From assembly GCA_028534125.1 (NCBI GenBank), contig CM052817.1, positions 47,370,001 through 47,434,000 on the forward strand: 64,000 bases of DNA, read 5' to 3'. Made by a program: the position numbers and the translations under genes. The notes beneath the pieces are model-generated. The model had not been told where the DNA came from. It ran no database searches and saw only the letters and a program-made list of their open reading frames with translations. The stretch is from Lama glama (taxonomy: Eukaryota). Of this stretch, positions 11,986-25,139 are shown in pieces; the first letter of the stretch is position 1, and each line of letters starts with the position of its first letter.

Positions 11986-12992
11986 TGAAAGTAGATACAT
12001 GGTTGTTATGTCTGTTAGAAGTTTAGAAGGTATGAAAAATGTAAATACAGCTAGAACCAGCAAGCATATCTCAGGAGAGAAAAGAAAAGAAATTAGGGGT
12101 TGGAAATTTAAGGAAACTTGAAAAATGGAAAGTTGGGAATTAAGAGAACTGGATGAAAGATTTCCTTGAATGATTTTATTGTGAACATACATTCTCAATG
12201 ATCTTTTGAAAACTCAATAACCTGTTAAACTGGAATGCAGATAATTAAAGCTTGAGGGTGACACAGGCAAACCTACCAAGATTTTGTTTTAGAATAGGTT
12301 TGATTTGTCTGTTTCCATGATCTGCTCAACTTTTATAGTTTATACCAGATCTGAAATCACTACTTGATAACTGAACTTTAGTCTGAATTGTACAGATTTT
12401 TAGCTTAAGCCCTTTGTGAATGAATCACTGTGATTAGCACATCTGTAGAGGTTCAAGAAATGGAGTAACAGAGTTGGAAACAAAATATGCAAGAGGAGTA
12501 TATTGGACTGTGTGGGGATATTTTGGACGATTGTATTTCTTTAAACTGCGGATCTTATTCCCTGTTTTAGTGTTTGTTGTCATGAAAATAATCACAAACC
12601 CATATGCCCAAGGCGTAATGAAAACCTGGTGGCTGCAGAAATAATCAGAAGTATAACATGCTGCAATTCTCTTGTTAACCCATTTCACCTAACTTAACAT
12701 TTCACACAGTATTTTCAAAAAGTTTTGGGCATACCAATCCCATACAGAAGCTTGGTTTTTAAAAACTTTTGTAATCTGGGAAATTGATAAAAGAAAGAGA
12801 AGTAATTGAAAAGGAGTGGCATTCATAATCCAGCATTTTTCAAACTGTAGAGGATTGTTAGTGCTGTATAGTTTTAGCAATCTATTTTCAAGAGTTGTCT
12901 ATAGCCACTGTTTGACTGCTGTGTTACTTGAGTATCTTTAGGTGCTCATCTTGAATGTAGGCTGTAATCACAATAATAGCAATAACCCTTAC

Positions 12993-13019
12993 CGTCACTC
13001 TTTGCACACTTCCCGCCAT
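12993..13019 (-). CDS. Speculative start-codon exon segment (MAGSVQRVT) within a candidate exon 12993-13120
   Basis: aggcatcATGG (A at -3, G at +4); donor ACG|gtaagg; upstream acceptor ttccatattcaccttaatAG at 13121-13122. Confidence 0.25.
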
Positions 13020-14039
13020 GATGCCTGTCTTCACCGTCTGGGGAAATTCCTAGTTTTTTCTCTATGAAACTTGTGGGTACAGCAGATTTACTGTAAGTAG
13101 CTTGGGAGTTCACCCCATTTCTATTAAGGTGAATATGGAAACTCAAAGGAATTGAATTTTCCTGACCTCATCTCTGGTCTGGTGTAGGAATGCAGAGCAG
13201 ATGCAGTGACTCAGATGTAACTCCATCTGTGCCTTAATAAGATTCAGACACACTCATCTGTCTTTTGGTCTTTTGTTCTTTTGTTCTTCTGCTTAAACCT
13301 GCTCTACTCAGGGAGTATTCTGGTAAGACATAGAGTGTCAAGCTTCTGAGTTTTGAAAAGGTAAAGGTAGTTGTTTGTTTAGTGAATGATATTGAAAAAA
13401 AATATTTTAAAAGAAAAAAGGAGGCCAGTAGCTTTCAGGACATCACTTGAAGAACTTCACACATGAAACTAGGATTGTACCCTTATACTTAACATGCCCT
13501 GTAATTTAGTGTTAGACTTTTAAGGATTTATTATTCATTTGCTTTCCTGTTTTATACATTACAGTAATTCTGATGTATTTAAGGGAGCATGGAATTGGGG
13601 TAGTGGATGGGAAAGGAGGCAAGGTTATTTTAGAATAGGAATATTGCAAATAAATGCTATCTTAATGAGATTTGGATACTCCTTGGCTTTTTCTCCATAC
13701 TTTTATCCAAATCATTATATTGTTTTGCAATGAGAATGGACGCTAGAGGCAGTGTAAACCTCCCTGAGAACCACTGTTGGCAACAAATTTGTTCTCCACG
13801 TGATACCAGGGTAGACCACATGTGTTACATGTCTACTTTGGAGACAAATGAAGAGTGTGTTTCTTGGAAGTCATTGTTGAGGAATTGGTATGCTTCTGGA
13901 AAGAAGATACATAAAAGAGGGAGGGCTTGCCATCAACAGAAATGAAATGAAAACATTTATTATAAGGTTAATCACTATTACTGCCCTAACCAAGACTAGA
14001 AGATTTAGTTTAGCTATAGAATTTAAAAACTCAGATTTG

Positions 14040-17000
14040 TTGAAGTAGAACTTAGATACAGTGAAATTCATTAATTTTAGGTGAATTATTTGATAAATTC
14101 TGACTATTGTATACAGTCATGTAGTCATCACCACAATCATGATTTTTGAAAAGTCCCTTATGTGCTTTTGCAGTCAGTTGCTTCCAACAACCGCTGATCT
14201 GCTTTCTTTCACTATAATTTTACCCCTTTTAGAACTTTATACAAATGAAATTATACAGTAGGTATTTTGATTGTGTGTGTATGTTTGGTTTCTTTCAATT
14301 ATCAGAATGCTTTTGAGCTTCAGCCATGTTACTGCTGAATCCATAATGTGTGTATTTTTATTGCAGAATACTATTCCACCATATGGATACACCAAAATTT
14401 GTTTATCATTCACTAGTCAAAAAAGACCTTTGGATTTAATTTTTTGGCTATTGCAAATAAATCTGCTATGAACCTTAAGGTAAAAGTCTGTGTGTGGACA
14501 GGTTTTCACCTCATTTAAGTAAATAGTTAGAAGTAGAATTGCCAGATCATCCAATAAGTGTATGTTTTAATTTTATGACAAACTGCCAAACTATTTTATG
14601 AACTGGCCTCACCACTTTTCATTGCTCATATCAAGGTAAGAGAGTTCCAGTTCCTCTACATTCTTGCCAGCATTAGGTAATGCCAGGCTTTTAAATTTTG
14701 GTTGTTCTTCTATGTGTGTAGGGATATCTCATTAAGATTTGGATAATTTTCATTGCTGTAATGACTGGTGATGTTGAGTATTTTTTCCATGTATGTATTT
14801 GTCATTCACATATCTTCCTTTTGAGATGTGTAAATCTTTTGTTGATTTTAAAAAACAGATTGTCTTCCTGAGTTAAAAAATTCTTTTTCTATTCTGGATA
14901 ATAATACTGTATTTTCTTCTGTGTGTAGCTAGCCTTTTCATTTTCTTAGTTTTTTTTTTTAAGAACAATTTTAAAAAATTGTGCATTCTAATTTTTTGAT
15001 GTTTTCTTCTGTATTCATGCTTTTTGTGTTCTGTTTAAGAAATCCTTAACAAACTCAAAATGCATTGTTTCCTAGAAATTTTGTAGTTTTGGTCTGTATA
15101 GTTAGTCTAATCTATTTAGACAGATCACTTCCGCTTTATTTTTCAAAATTGCTTCAGCTATCCTAGTCTCTTTCCCTTTCTGTATAAATTTTAGAGTAAT
15201 CTTGCCTGTATCTATTAAAACTCTTGCTTAGATTTTGATAGGAATTGTATTAAAATTGTATCAAAATTTGGGAAGAATTGATACCTTTGCTATGTTGAAT
15301 CCTTCAATCCATGATCACAGTATATCTTTTCGTTTATTTAGATCTTCCTTGATTTCTTTCATGAGTATTATGGAGTCTTCAGCATATAAGTCCTGTGCAT
15401 GTTTTCTTAGATTTAAACTTACTACTCATCTTTTTTTCCCTGAATGGTTGTAAATGGTGTTGTGTTTTTTAATTTTGGTGGCCACATGTTCATTGCTTGT
15501 ATAAAAATACACCTGTTTTGTGCATGTGTATCTTGTATAATGCTACCCTGGTCAACTTACAGATCTATGAAGTGTTTTGGGGGGTAGATTCTTTGGAAAG
15601 TCCTACATAGACAACCATATCATCTGAAATTAGGGACAGTTTTATTTCTTCCTTTTTAATCTTCATGTTTTTTAATGTCCTCTTCCTGCACTATGTTAAA
15701 TAAGAATGCTCAGAACAGACGTCTTTGCCCTGTTCCCAATCTTAAAAGGAAAGCTTTGAGTCTTTCATTAACTATAATATTATTGATAGATTTTTTTATG
15801 AAGATACTGTTGATCAAATTGAGGAAGTTCCCTTCTATTCCTATTTTTCTCGACATTTTTATCATAAATGGAGTTGAGTTTTGTCAGATGATTTTTATGT
15901 ATCAATTGATATGATCATGTGATTTTTCTTTTTTAATACACTTAATGTGGTAGATTGCATTGATTGATTTTCAATTTTGACCCAGCCTTGCATCCCTGGA
16001 ATAAACCTCATTAGGTCATGTTGTATAATTTTTTATACCGTTACATTGTTGAATCCTATTTGTTGGTATTTTGTTAAGGATTTCTCCATCAGTATTCATA
16101 AAGAGTATTGATGTGGAGTATGCTTTTTCTTTTTACTGCCTTTGGTTTTGGTATCAGGGTAATATTAGCTTAATAAAATGAGTCGATAAGTGTTCCTTCC
16201 TCTTCTGTCTGCTAGAAGAGATTATACAGAATTGGTATTAATTCTTCTTTGCCCATTTGGTGGAATTCTCCAGTGAAGCCATTTGGGCCTGTAGATTCCT
16301 TTTTGGGAACAGAAGGATTTTCAAAGTTATGAATTTGATTGCCTTAATAGTCGTAGGACTATTCAGAGTATCTATCTGATACTGGATGAGTTGTAGTAGT
16401 TTCTGTTTTTATTTTTTTAAGTAATTTTGTCTGACTTGTCAAATTTATGTTTATGGAGTTCATTGTATTCCCTTATTATCCTTTTGATGTCTGTAGGGTC
16501 TTGAATGAATCTCCTGTTTCATTCCAGATATTAGTAAGTTGTGTCTTCTCTTTTATTTAATTTCAGTCTTGCTAGAGACTTGTCAGTTTTATTTAAGTTT
16601 TTCAGTAATCAGCTCTTTGTTTCATTGATTTTGTCTTTTCATTTCACTGATTTCTACTCTTTATTATTTCCTTCCTTTTACTTGCTTTGGGTTTCTTTAT
16701 CTCTTTTTATCCTGTATGTTCTTCAAGTGGAGCTTAAAATTACTGATTAGAGACTTTTCCTCTTTTCTAATGTATTCATTTCATACTATAAATTTCCCAA
16801 TCTGTGCTACTTTAGCTGAGTCCCATAAATTTTGATATGTTGTATATTCATTCATTTAATTTTTTAAAATTTCCCTGGAGAATTCCTCTTTGATTCGTGA
16901 GTTATTTTAAATGGTTGTTTAATTTCGAAGTGTTGGGGGAATATTCCTATTGTTTTGATTCCATTAGTTTTATTCCATTGTAGTCAGAGAACACAGTCTG

Positions 17001-17520
17001 ATTTCAATTATATTAAATTGGTTGGGATTTTTTATGGACTACAGTATGGTCTGTTTGTCTGTGGGCTCATGAAGGTACGTGTATTTTGCTGTTCTTGGGT
17101 GGGATGTTGTAACATTGATTAGACCCTGTTGGTTGATGGTGTTGTTGAATTCTTCCATATCCTTGCTGGTTTTCTGTCTAGTAGTTCTATCGGTTCTTGC
17201 AAGAGGCATGTTGAAGACACCAGCTATAATCGTGGATTTGTCTGTTTCTCCTTTCAGTTCTGTCAGTTTTTGTCCAACCTATTTTGCAGCTCTATTATTT
17301 GGTTCATATACATAAGATTGCTATGTATTCTTGGTGGATTGACGATTATTATTATATAATATCTCTTTCTGTGTCTGGTAATTTTCTTTGCTCTAAGGTC
17401 GATCTTATCTGATATTATTGTAGCCAGTTGTGATTTGCTTTGATGTTTACCTGACATATCTTTTTTCATTCTTTTACTTTGATCTTGCTTATATTATTAC
17501 ATTTGAAGTGAGTTTGTAGA
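14040..17520 (-). mobile_element. Old L1M LINE (3'UTR plus decayed ORF2), probably several fragments
   Basis: L1M 3'UTR motifs (catgtagtcatcaccacaatc); ORF 17263-17469 reads IISDKIDLRAKKITR, similar to the L1 ORF2 endonuclease region; many stops and frameshifts. Confidence 0.85.
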
Positions 17521-17539
17521 TAGCTTGTAGTTAGCATAT

Positions 17540-18005
17540 AGCTTGGTCATATGGCAAGAGAGAGGATGCTTCATTACTTCTGGGCAGAGGGTGGGAGTTT
17601 TGGCTCTCCATGTGCTCTCCACTGATAACACAAGGGACTGGGGCAGGGCTGGTTACCGACTGGTGGGGATGAAAGTTCCAGCTCCCCACTTGGCTTGCCG
17701 CCACACATCAGCTAGAGTGTTGGGGTGGCTCTTAATAGCATTGAGAAGAGTGGAAGGCTCTTCAACTTGGCTGGCGCTGTTGTGGTGTGGGTGGGGCCAC
17801 TGTTTTTTCTGTGGTGTTTGGCTGAAGTAGAGATGTTATTGTCTAAGATTTTCTGTCTTCTGAGGCTGGTCCTTTCCTGTCCTTTGGCTAAAGAAAGCAG
17901 TCTTTTGTTGGAGCTTTTGTGTTTTGTCTGTGCCTGTTGTTATTTCTTACTTGCCAGCTTTTTCCTCTCCAAGTCTGGAGTATATGAGGCAAAAAGACAA
18001 CCCAG
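17540..18005 (-). mobile_element. Probable 5' region of an old L1M element
   Basis: aagtctggagtatatgaggcaaaaagacaacccag resembles L1MC/MD 5'-region sequence; contiguous with the L1M body. Confidence 0.45.
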
Positions 18006-18141
18006 CATTGTGGAGAAAGGGGAACCCTCCTACACTGCTGGTGGGAATGCAGTTTGGTGCAGCCACTATGGAAAACAGTGTGGAGATTCCTCAAAAGACT
18101 AGGAATAGACTTACCATATGACCCAGGAATCCCACTCCTGG
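18006..18141 (+). mobile_element. Young L1 ORF2 C-terminal fragment, cut by the assembly gap
   Basis: Translates [28 protein letters not shown], a canonical L1 ORF2 C-terminal segment. Confidence 0.92.
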
Positions 18142-18641
18142 NNNNNNNNNNNNNNNNNNNNNNNNNNNNNNNNNNNNNNNNNNNNNNNNNNNNNNNNNNN
18201 NNNNNNNNNNNNNNNNNNNNNNNNNNNNNNNNNNNNNNNNNNNNNNNNNNNNNNNNNNNNNNNNNNNNNNNNNNNNNNNNNNNNNNNNNNNNNNNNNNNN
18301 NNNNNNNNNNNNNNNNNNNNNNNNNNNNNNNNNNNNNNNNNNNNNNNNNNNNNNNNNNNNNNNNNNNNNNNNNNNNNNNNNNNNNNNNNNNNNNNNNNNN
18401 NNNNNNNNNNNNNNNNNNNNNNNNNNNNNNNNNNNNNNNNNNNNNNNNNNNNNNNNNNNNNNNNNNNNNNNNNNNNNNNNNNNNNNNNNNNNNNNNNNNN
18501 NNNNNNNNNNNNNNNNNNNNNNNNNNNNNNNNNNNNNNNNNNNNNNNNNNNNNNNNNNNNNNNNNNNNNNNNNNNNNNNNNNNNNNNNNNNNNNNNNNNN
18601 NNNNNNNNNNNNNNNNNNNNNNNNNNNNNNNNNNNNNNNNN
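18142..18641. other. Assembly gap, exactly 500 N
   Basis: Run of N seen directly. Confidence 1.
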
Positions 18642-19423
18642 GATTTTTCTGTTATACACATTGGGGATTCAGTAGAACTGCAGAGTGACGTAAGCAATAC
18701 TTCCCCTGGATGGAATCCAGTTTTTATACCTTCTTTTCAAATATTTGTTGGGAAACGGAAAAGATGACATTGTTAGATTCTTAACTTCAAAGAAATTTAT
18801 AACATGATCTAGTAGGTTAATTAGCCTGTTTCGGTGAAAACAGTAAGAAAACAATATGCTTTTCATGGAAACAAAAATTTATGAGTAACTTTTAAAAGCA
18901 CTGTTTATGTGCCCTTAATATACTGTATAAACCTACAGTGAATTGCTTTGCATGCTGTTAAAAGATATTTCACTAGGGATCTTTCCGTATTTGGCAGGTA
19001 TTCTGCAGGAACAGAGGCTAACATTTTATTTTCAGAAGAAAAATGATCAGTATGTAGTTTGTTTTTTATAGGCTTCTTTTCTCCTATGGGGCATGAAATT
19101 TTGGCCTTGACAAAAACAAGAGATGCAGTGGAATTGAGAATGTATGAATATCAGAATATTTACAAAAACAGTTTTACTTTTTCTATTTGCCATTTGTATT
19201 GTCAAGTCCCATCTCATTTTTTCCTGGACCAAGATTTCCAGATGTGAAGTAATATCACTTTCAAGACCTCAGTTCTCGTTTCTAGGTCTTCCTTGAATTT
19301 ATCTTAGGAATTTAAAGTATCTGCTTTATGTTACATAATTTTTGACATTCCAGCTTCAGACTGAGGGAGGAGTGATCTCTACTGATAGCCTTCTTCAGTG
19401 GGGGGATCTTGGTTTCTCTAAGA

Positions 19424-20830
19424 TAGTGGTTCTCAAACTTTCTGACCTTGGAACTCTTATAGTCTGAAAAATTATTGAAAACTTCAAAGAGATTTTGCTT
19501 ATATAGATTACGTCTGTCTACATTTAGCAGATCAGAAATTAAAGCAGAGAAAATGTTACAATATTGATTTATTAATGTATTTAAAATAACAACACTAAAC
19601 CCATTATGTGTTAACATAAAAAACTTTTTATGCAAAAGAGACATATTTTCAAAAAGAAAATAGAGAGAAGGATGGCATTAGTTTTCATTTTCCCAAACCT
19701 CTTTAATATCTGGCTTAATAGAAGTCTGCTAGGTTTTCATATCTGCTTTTGTATTTTCATAGGTTGGTTTTGGTTGAAGTATGTGAAAAAAGTTTGATTT
19801 TATGAACGAATGCAGTTGGAAAAGAAAGTATTTCAATAGCCTTTTCAGATAATTAAGGATCTTCTTTTATCCTGTCCTAAAATTTAACAAACGGTAACAT
19901 TTTAAGGGTTAGTTGCAGCGTGGAATCTGAAACCATATCAAGTATTTTTGTACTCTGTTACATTAAAATCCATGTTGTTCTTCCAGTGGATCATTTAGCC
20001 GTGTATGATTTTGTAATTTCATGCGTTGGTCATTTGGAAAATATTGGTTCACTGAGTTATGAGATATTACAATATCAACATTTGTTAATATATTCCCAGA
20101 TAGAATCAGAAAAAAAGTCTTTTAGGGTTGGGTGGTTGTCAGGCATACAGTGGAAGATACAAGTACTCCAAAATTCTAATTTTCATTGGAAAGCTTGAAT
20201 TTTATCGTTGGCAGCAAATCATGTCAGTTGTTTTCCTTGAAGAGGCAGGCTCGCTTTATTCATTTTCAAGATGTTTGCCAAATACCCAAGTTTGAATAAC
20301 CATAATTTATTTTAGTTGTTATTTCAAGTGAGAATGATGTTCCCTGAAAAAAAAAGTGGCTAGTTCAAATCACACCTCAAACAATAGTGCATAAGTGATC
20401 TTCCTTGCGGTCTCCCTTATATTTTGATATGTGATAAAATTGTGATTATGGTTGTATACTTCCCACTGTGTCACAGAATATTTAAAGTTTTGTGCTTAAG
20501 GCTAAAGATTTAATAAAATGTGTTACTGCTTTCTCAGGACGTTGTTAAGTTCAACTGGCCTTTTGAAAATTATTGTGATTACTGTAGGTGTTGGTGATAA
20601 GGAGCATCGTGGCAGCCAGCACAGTGGGGACTCGATGCCTAGAGTCATGCTCAGGTGCCAGAAGTTTCACTCACCATTGCTTTTGCACCATCAGAGCAAA
20701 TGTCAACACAGTGAAAAGGCAAAAACATCTGCATATTAAGGTGAAACTAGTTTTGACCTCGCAGAACCCCTTTAAGAGAATGGGTCTCAGCATCCCCAGG
20801 GAGTCACAGACCAAACTTGGAGAACCACTG
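19424..20830 (-). mobile_element. Charlie1a-like hAT DNA transposon with both termini and 8-bp TSD
   Basis: Terminal inverted repeats tagtggttctc / gagaaccactg; flanks ctctaaga (19416-19423) and ctctaaat (20831-20838); minus strand near 20710 translates CVDICSDGAKAMV, a hAT transposase motif, followed by stops. Confidence 0.88.
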
Positions 20831-21324
20831 CTCTAAATCATGGATGTATAGGATAATGTATGTAATTGTTAAAAATGCTTACTGTTATATATATTTTTTC
20901 GTCTTTTTATTCTTTGAAATTTAAAGGAACTTCTAAAAATTAGTCCTGGTTATCCTCTAGTCTGAGAAGTATGTACAATTAGAGTATGTGTCCAAGAGGT
21001 GGAGAAATCCAGTCAGTGTGGCTAAGCCACTTTCCCTGTGGCCAGGCACAGAGTGACAGGATATGCCGAAAGGACTGGAATCCTGATTCAGAATGAAACC
21101 AGCATGAGAGCCAGTATCTGCCTAGTGATATTGAACGTGACCTGAAACCAACTTGCTCTTCTTATCATGTATGCAAATTTGAAGTCTTCCCTGAGAGACT
21201 GTCTCCAAATATATGGCACATTGAGAATATTTGAAAGAGGCAGGCCTAAGAAACTTGTGTGCGCTAACCATTGAGATATGAGGGCTAAGACAGCAGTAAG
21301 GAGGGAGGGAAGCAGATTTCTTCA

Positions 21325-21520
21325 TGAACTCATGCGTGCCAGGTGCTGTGCAAGTCACTGAATGTGTGTTATCTCATGACAGACCTGTGAAGTCGCTATT
21401 ATCAGACTCGTTCTAGAGATGATGCAGTGGCGCTTATGATGTGAAACAGCTAGCCTGGGACAGCATTGCTCCCATGGGTTGGAGCTGGAATTCAGACGAT
21501 CTCTTTTCACTATAATGTGG
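21325..21520 (-). mobile_element. MIR SINE
   Basis: gtgccaggtgctgtgcaag...ggagctggaattcagac matches reverse-complement MIR. Confidence 0.6.
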
Positions 21521-21610
21521 TGTGCTCATGTCAGTGCTCATGAGGCTCTTGGACGACACTGCTAACTGGTTAGTAGCTACTCTTGTCTTCTAAGCACATT
21601 TCTGAATATA

Positions 21611-21931
21611 CAGTCAGCTCTCTATAGCCACAGGTTCTGTATCCACTGATCCAACCAACTGTGAATAGAAAATATCCTGAAACAATTCCAGAAAGTTCCC
21701 AAAAGCAAAACTCAAATATGCCATGTGTTGACAACTATTTACATAGCATTTGTATTGTATTAGGTATTAAAGTAATCTAGAGATGATTACTTATCTCTAT
21801 ATGGGAGGGTGTGCATAGGCTTATACAAATACTACGTTTTATATAAGGGACTTGAGCATCCTTGGATTTGGGTATCCGCGCAGTGGGCGGAGGTGCTGGG
21901 ACCAGTCTCCCTGGATACCAAGGGATGACTG
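21611..21931 (-). mobile_element. MER2/Tigger-type TcMar DNA transposon
   Basis: TA|cagtcagctctc start and ccaagggatgactg end; internal gtaatctagagatgatt and tataagggacttgagcatcc match reverse-complement MER2. Confidence 0.85.
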
Positions 21932-23149
21932 TTCATTTACACCCTTTAGGCTTAGTTTTTACCTTTCTGGGAAAAACAAACACAGTTTTGTATTCATTCA
22001 CCCACTAGGGGGGGCAAGAGTGCTAACTTGTTATTTGGTAATGATTGATGAGTAGGGTTTAATTATATGATTACAGTGTAGTTTATAATTGTATGTACTG
22101 TAGGATATGTATATGAAAAATTCTGATTTATTATCTAACAATTATTCCTGGTAAGAAAGATGCTGTGCTGTCTTCTTATTGAAACTGAGGAGACTGCTTT
22201 CCCTCTAAATATGAAAAATAAACAAGGTATAGCTTAACTTAGAAGTGTGTGTGTCAGTTGAAGGGAGAGATCATTTGATGGGGATTGGCAAAATCAGCCA
22301 TAAACCAAGTCAGGAGGATTCAAATTTTAATCTCGTTTGTTTGTTTTAATACATGCAAAATTCAACACTATTTAACTTCATTATGATCTGTTTAATGGAG
22401 TGGTGTCTGAAAGAAATAATAAGATTTTTCTAAGACATTATTTAAGCCTTAATGGAAAGTATTACATGCCTTATGGTATTTGGATAATGCTTTTCTTAAC
22501 CATTATTTCTTATTCCATTTAAATATGGCTAGGTATGGAGTACCTCTTAAAATAAGTGATATATCCAACTCCTCATTTATATAATTGCCATGTGGGTAGT
22601 TTACAGTAAAATTATGAAGTACTTTAAAAAATGAAAACTGTGAACTGTGAAATAATTGCATGATATTTGCTATCAATTTATTTGTATTTGGAAATAAATT
22701 TGGCTATTGTCCCTTAAGACTCCTGTAAGACTTTGGATGATGATTACTGTGGAAAAAAATTATCAATTTCATGAACATCATAACCATGATAATAGAGAAA
22801 CTTTACCAACCAGATTCTTATCTGTATGCCACGTGTATTTTTCGGTTGAGTAAGGGTTTGTAAATGAGGTGATCTAAAATAGTTTATCATTTGAATATTT
22901 TTAGATACAATGAAGATTTTCTTGAGCTCTACATAAAGAGTTTTTTTTCAAACTCTGAAAATCTCTGAAGGATTAAAAAAATAATATATCTTTACATGAT
23001 TCTGATTTTGAGGAGGTGTAGATGTTAGAGCAAAATGGGCCTGGGATCATAATCTTCTTTGCTCCTAGAATATAGGCCATGTGATGTTGAGACGTAGTTT
23101 AATCTCTTTGAATGTTAGGGTGTGATTGGACTGTGGGTTGCAGTGGGGT

Positions 23150-24420
23150 GATAACCACTGAGGAAACAAGGATGAGTCATGAGTTGTCCTGTTTTCAAGG
23201 ATGGCAGTCTAGTGGGGGTGCTGTACCAGTAAGCGAAGAATTACAATGAGATGTGATGAGGTAAAGTGATGCAGACTGACTGGTATGGCATCACCTAGAG
23301 GGACACCAACTCAGTCTGGGACACACGCCATGAGGATGCTTCAGAGGAGGTAAGACTTGAAGCTAAAGGACAAGTAGGTATAGAATGTAGAAAGCTGGAA
23401 GGAAGGAAAGTTTTTAAGCAGAGGAAATAGCATGGGACAAATCATGGTGGAAGAGGCTAGTATGAATTTTTAAATTGTAAGAATATAGAGTAAAAATGGG
23501 ATAATGCAAGAGAGTACATTGGAGATCTACAGTGGGGCTGACACCAGTGTATCCTGAGTGTATATTAGTAAGTGTGGAACTTCTTTCAATGATAGGAAGC
23601 CATTCATTGCATTTGTAAAAGGTGTGATGTGGTCTTGTGTTTTAGGAGGATCACTGGCACGGCGCTGGGGAGAAGTCAGAAGTAGATCCAGTGGGAAGTG
23701 ACGTGGCCTGAGATAAGGCTGTAGTAGTGCCACTCGAGATGGGGGTCGGCAGATGCCGTGGGTAATAGCTACGTATCGGATTAACAGGAGGGAGTGAAAT
23801 CAGGAGGTTTGTAGGGGGTTGAATCTGCTGACTGGGCAATTGGAAATGGGTCCTGAAGAGGCTGAAGGGAGGAGGCCTAGGGTGACTCTTAGGCTGCAGG
23901 TTTGGGTGACTGTATGGAAGAGAGGAGCAAGCTTTTTTGAGTGGCGGGCTTGAGCTGGGAGTAAAGATTCAAACAGAATGAAACACAGCCTTGTTTGAGT
24001 ACTTTTAATGTACCAGGGATACAGTAAGATTTTTAACATATGTAATTATCTCAGTATCCACTGAAGTAGTACCATCTATAATGGACAGATGAGGAAGCAG
24101 GTTCAGAAAGCACGTATCTGACCTCAGATCATATAGCTGGAAGTGCTGAAACTTGGAACAAAGTCTAGGTTTATCTGACCCTAAAGTACAACGTTTTCCC
24201 ACTCGGTTATTTTGGGAATCATCACAAAGAGCTATAGTTGAAGCAATGGGAATAAATGAAAATGTTCAGGAAGAGTATCTAGACAGAGAAGAGACAATGG
24301 TCAAAGATAGACCTTGGGCAGATAACATTAGTTTTAATGCAGCCCACCAGGAATATATAGAAAGTGCAGCCAGGGAGGTAGAGGGTAACTAGAAAAAGCA
24401 TTGTGTCCAAGGCAAAAACA
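23150..24420 (-). mobile_element. L2 LINE fragments with a MIR inserted at ~24050-24200
   Basis: Purine-rich L2-like motifs (aagcagaggaaatagcatg, ggatcactggcac); ggacagatgaggaagcaggttcaga is the MIR core. Confidence 0.65.
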
Positions 24421-25135
24421 TCAGAATCATCCTTCAAGGCTCTCATTCCTTCTCATCCAATACCTCCTGTCCACCAGCAAATTCTGCTGGCTCTGCCTTC
24501 AGAATATATCCAGAATCTGACCATGTCTTCCTGTCCAAGCCACTCAGATCTCCTATGCTCTAACAGGGTTTCCTACATCTGTGCTTGGTCCCATACCATC
24601 CTTTCTCCACCCGATAGTCAGAATGAAACTTTCAAAATATAGATCAGGTTGTCACTCCTCTGCTTAGGACCATCCAGCAGTCTTCCTTGTTATTCAGAAG
24701 GTAATCCAAACTACCACAGCTCACAAGGCAGCCATGACCCTGCCCCAGGCTACCTCTCTAATTTCTGCATTGTCCCCCAGGCCACACTGCTAGCCACAAG
24801 CCAAGTCCGCTCCCATCTGGACCTCTCCACTGACTACCTGCCTAGAATACTTTTCCAGCAGAGCTCTGTCAGTCCATCAGAGAGACCTTCCCCAACCAAG
24901 CGGTCTGAAGTGGCACCTTTGATCATGATATTCCACTTCTTTCTCATTTTCTTCATAGAAGTTTTCATCACTGGACATATTAAGCTGTTTTGTTTGCTTT
25001 GTGTTAATTGCCCTTAGAGTCTCTGCCCTATGCCCAAGCTTCATGAACGTAGAAATTTTGCTTTTTTTTGTTGACTCCTGTATCCCTAAGATCTCAAATA
25101 TAGTAAATACTCAAAAAACATTTGGATGAATGAAT
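24421..25135 (+). mobile_element. L2 3' portion
   Basis: ctgccttcagaatatatccagaatctgacc ... ends aaatactcaaaaaacatttggatgaatgaat, the L2 tail. Confidence 0.8.
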
Positions 25136-25139
25136 TCAG

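Noticed and set aside
17888..18767. Long ORFs of 182-269 aa
   Set aside because: Artefacts of reading through the 500-N gap
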